From positions 448,001-512,000 of the forward strand of contig CBDBMG010000003.1 in the NCBI GenBank assembly GCA_965207375.1: a DNA stretch of 64,000 bases. Direction: 5' to 3'. Shown here piece by piece: positions 61,086 through 64,000 of this stretch. A model generated the notes under the pieces. The model was not told the origin of the DNA and ran no database searches. It was given only the letters and a program-made list of their open reading frames with translations. This DNA is from Nitrosopumilaceae archaeon. GTDB lineage: Archaea > Thermoproteota > Nitrososphaeria > Nitrososphaerales > Nitrosopumilaceae. The translations under genes and the position numbers were made by a program. Position 1 is the stretch's first letter. Each line of letters starts with the position of its first letter.

Positions 61086-61564
61086 ACAGTTACATGCACA
61101 CTGCCACCACATGCATGCATGCACATGCAGTATTGAAGAAAGCTTAGAAGATAGCTAACTATACGTATGTGAAATAGCAATTGAAAAAGGCTTATATAGT
61201 ATAAACAGCAAAGCGAATCAGCTAGCTAGTTGAAAACATGCATGCAATAGCTACAACATAATAGCTAGCTACAAATTTAGCTATATAGCTAGCTATACTG
61301 CATGCATGGCACGTGACATTATAAATTTTACATACTAGCTATCTAGCTATATAGCTAGCTACTTTTTATTATAGCTACAGCTAGCTATTAAATAGAGCTA
61401 TTACTATATACAGTGTAGCTATAATAGCTATCAATATATATATATATATATATATATATATGGGTTATAGGCGGTTACGTGTAAGACCCCTAGCACGTGA
61501 TACTTTATAATTAATGATTGATCTGTATTGGAGCAGTATCGAGTAGTAGCTTTACGCTTTGACG

Positions 61565-63844
61565 ATGGCAAGCACTAGTAGTGCATGACGAAGAATCTGA
61601 AGTTAAGCAGGCTGCAGATATGCTGATGAAAGCAGTGCAGAACTTTACTGGCGCGACAGCAGGCAGATCTGGCCGCTATGGTGTGAGTGACAACTCAAGC
61701 CCAGGCCGTCGACGTCGGCGACGAAGAAAACGCCTAAGAATTCAGTGTGATGATGAAAACCCATACAATGATGCCCAACCGGGACCGTCAGGAGCGAGGT
61801 TTGGAGTTATGACTCAGTCTGGCCACAGCAGCCCGGCTCGCAGCAGCCAGCTGCACTTCGCGACTCATTCATATCGTACTTCAACGAGAGGGGCAGTTAA
61901 TGCAACTGATGATAGTGTTAGTGTCACCGCTCAGCGGCAGCTGACGCAGGGAGACCAACCCCAGACATGTCAGCCGGTTCATATCCAGAAATTTCTGGCT
62001 ATGTGTGTGTATCAATAGAGGTTTTGATTTATATAGAAATTCAATGGTAATGGTACCCAAATTAAATGATAGTGGGCGTGTGCAGATATACACATATTAA
62101 AGACAACCTACTAATTGTATATTTCCTACTTAAGAAGCCATTAAGTAGTTTCCCATTCCGCCATACGACATAGCCACGAAATGTATGGGGATTGCTGGAT
62201 ATGTGTTGTGCAGAGTCAGAGGCAGGATTTAGTACGACACGCTCGGAACTTGACGGAGAATCCTGCAGGCTTAAGGCAGGAGCCTCAAGGCCAGCGGATC
62301 AGGGAACCTGTTGATTATAGTAATAGGCGTCCTGACGGTGGAAGCAATGGGAGCGGTTCGAGTGCTGATTTGATACCCAGAATGCGATAATGCGGCGGCA
62401 GGCTCAAAGGCGAGACTTGATTGTTCAAAGACCACCACCAGAAGCTACTAACCATGTATTGGAAGAACATAGTAAAATCTTCAAATTTCATCCATCGAAA
62501 CAATACACCATGCACAACATGCCGTAAGAAAGGAAAAGGACCAGCCACTAGATCTACATCATACTGGAAAAAGAATACTTTTTGTTTAGCTAACTGTAAA
62601 CAACAGTTAAAGCCTAATCCACAGGAGAAAATAGCCCTTGCAAAAATTGGGTTAGAAATCAAGTGCCTCCTTTTTAATCTTGAAGGGAATGCACATCATG
62701 TGCATGATATGATAATGAAGGAATGGCCAATACTAGAGAAATGTGAAGGCTATACGCTCCATCGCCTTGCAGAAAATTCACACTCTCATTGAAATTGAAC
62801 CTCCACTGAGTGGGCATATCAGTGTCCAATTTTTAAAAGCAATTCTTAACAACGCTACTTTGTACATCAGACCACTCCAATGTAGTATCTGTTATGATGA
62901 TATGAAACAACTTAGCCCTCTCCAGGTATGTAGCTATAATTATTGTATATAATTATCATCAGTATGGTGGAAGATTTGGTAATTCATTATTCAAGCATGA
63001 CTCAAATGATTCATCATGCTGCATGCCGGGATGAATCCAACTCATTAGCAACTTTAGATCTACCAAATTTTTGTTACCAAATTTAAGCTTTGCCCTGTAG
63101 CTATAGGCTTGTGCCTATTGTGCTTTTAAAATTACCTATTATGCTTTGGAGCAATGCTCCAGAATTCTACCCATTATGCTCCATAAATCAACATTATGCT
63201 CACTAAATTCAACATTTACTTCCCTATCTTATCTTAATTACTTGTTTTTTAACATCTTCAATCTTCCTTGTACCTCCAAAGTGTAAAATTTCTTCCACAA
63301 TAGAGCTTTTCTACATAATTTTAATTATTTTTAGTGGCGCCTGATCTAGCATCTAAAAGTAGTTGTAAAAGTTGCTAAATTGAGCCTAGCAGTCTCCTTA
63401 AAGTACAGTATATATGTGTGTAATAATAACTTTGTGGATGTTATAAATGATTTGAGTATGTTGCATGGCGGCGTGCGCTAGAAATTTTGCCTATTATGCC
63501 AGCATTATACTCAATGCTTTGTAATGCCCATTATGCCCAAAATTATGCTGGCATAATCGGCGCAAGCCTAGCTAGCCCTGTAGCTAGCTAGTTAATGTTA
63601 ACTGGCCATAACGGCATAGCTATAGCTATAGCTATACATATAGCTATGTACGTATATGGGTTCCTATTACTATTTATAGCCATGAATATAGGTCAATATT
63701 TATGCATGCTTCATATATATAGCTAGAAGATGCATATGATGAGCCTTCTGATTTTTGTCGAAACTGCCCAAAGATGTTTACTTTACCGGATCTAAGAAGG
63801 CATGTTATGACAATCACATGCAATTGCCAAGAAGGGGAAAGCAG
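61565..63844 (+). pseudogene. Frameshifted multi-exon gene with YIRPLQ motif and C2HC (UBZ-like) finger; resembles the N-terminus of G2E3-like HECT proteins and probably continues beyond the window
   Basis: Fragments VLEEHSKIFKFHPSK / YWKKNTFCLA..P..QEKIALAKIGL...WPILEKCEGYTLHR / LIEIEPP...FLKAILNNATLYIRPLQ; donor at 62926; exon 63723-63844 CRNCPKMFTLPDLRRHVMTITC. Several frameshifts. Confidence 0.6.
63104..63570. mobile_element. hAT-like MITE in an intron
   Basis: TAGGCTTGTGCCTATTGTGC / GCATAATCGGCGCAAGCCTA. Confidence 0.75.
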
Positions 63845-64000
63845 GTAAATGTGTAGCTAGCTATGTGTGATGTAAGGAGCTATAAAATGCTATGTAACAT
63901 TAGATCAAAGAAAACAGAGAGCATGTATAACACATATAGCACACCTAAGAATGCACTAATGAGAAATGGAGGGTGTATATAAAAAATATACACCCTGCTA

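Overview
This is AT-rich, repeat-dense eukaryotic DNA with short spliceosomal introns. The AGCT-rich low-complexity sequence suggests a non-bilaterian animal such as a demosponge, but that is inference only. No intact host gene is visible. 1-1.6 kb holds Ty3/Gypsy fragments. About 3.8-44.6 kb is a mosaic of locally amplified modules riddled with MITEs. These modules carry decayed VPS33A exons and about 14 copies of an apparently undescribed small-RNA-like mini-gene. Its layout is AAACCCAYAATYAAAT, a TATAAAA box usually 27 nt after the CCC, a conserved linker, a 36-40 nt HYPERVARIABLE segment, ATTTTTG(C/G) (Sm-site-like or a Pol III terminator), and a conserved GC stem-loop. This cassette is the most interesting signal in the window. 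Also present are fold-back elements with flip/flop hairpin loops and two strand-biased A>G hypermutated tracts. 45.5-48.4 kb is a 3-exon DDE integrase/transposase pseudogene. 51.7-61.1 kb is a 48-bp satellite with higher-order structure. 61.6-63.8 kb is a frameshifted gene with a YIRPLQ motif and a C2HC finger. All alignments and counts were done by eye, so coordinates may be off by a few bases.
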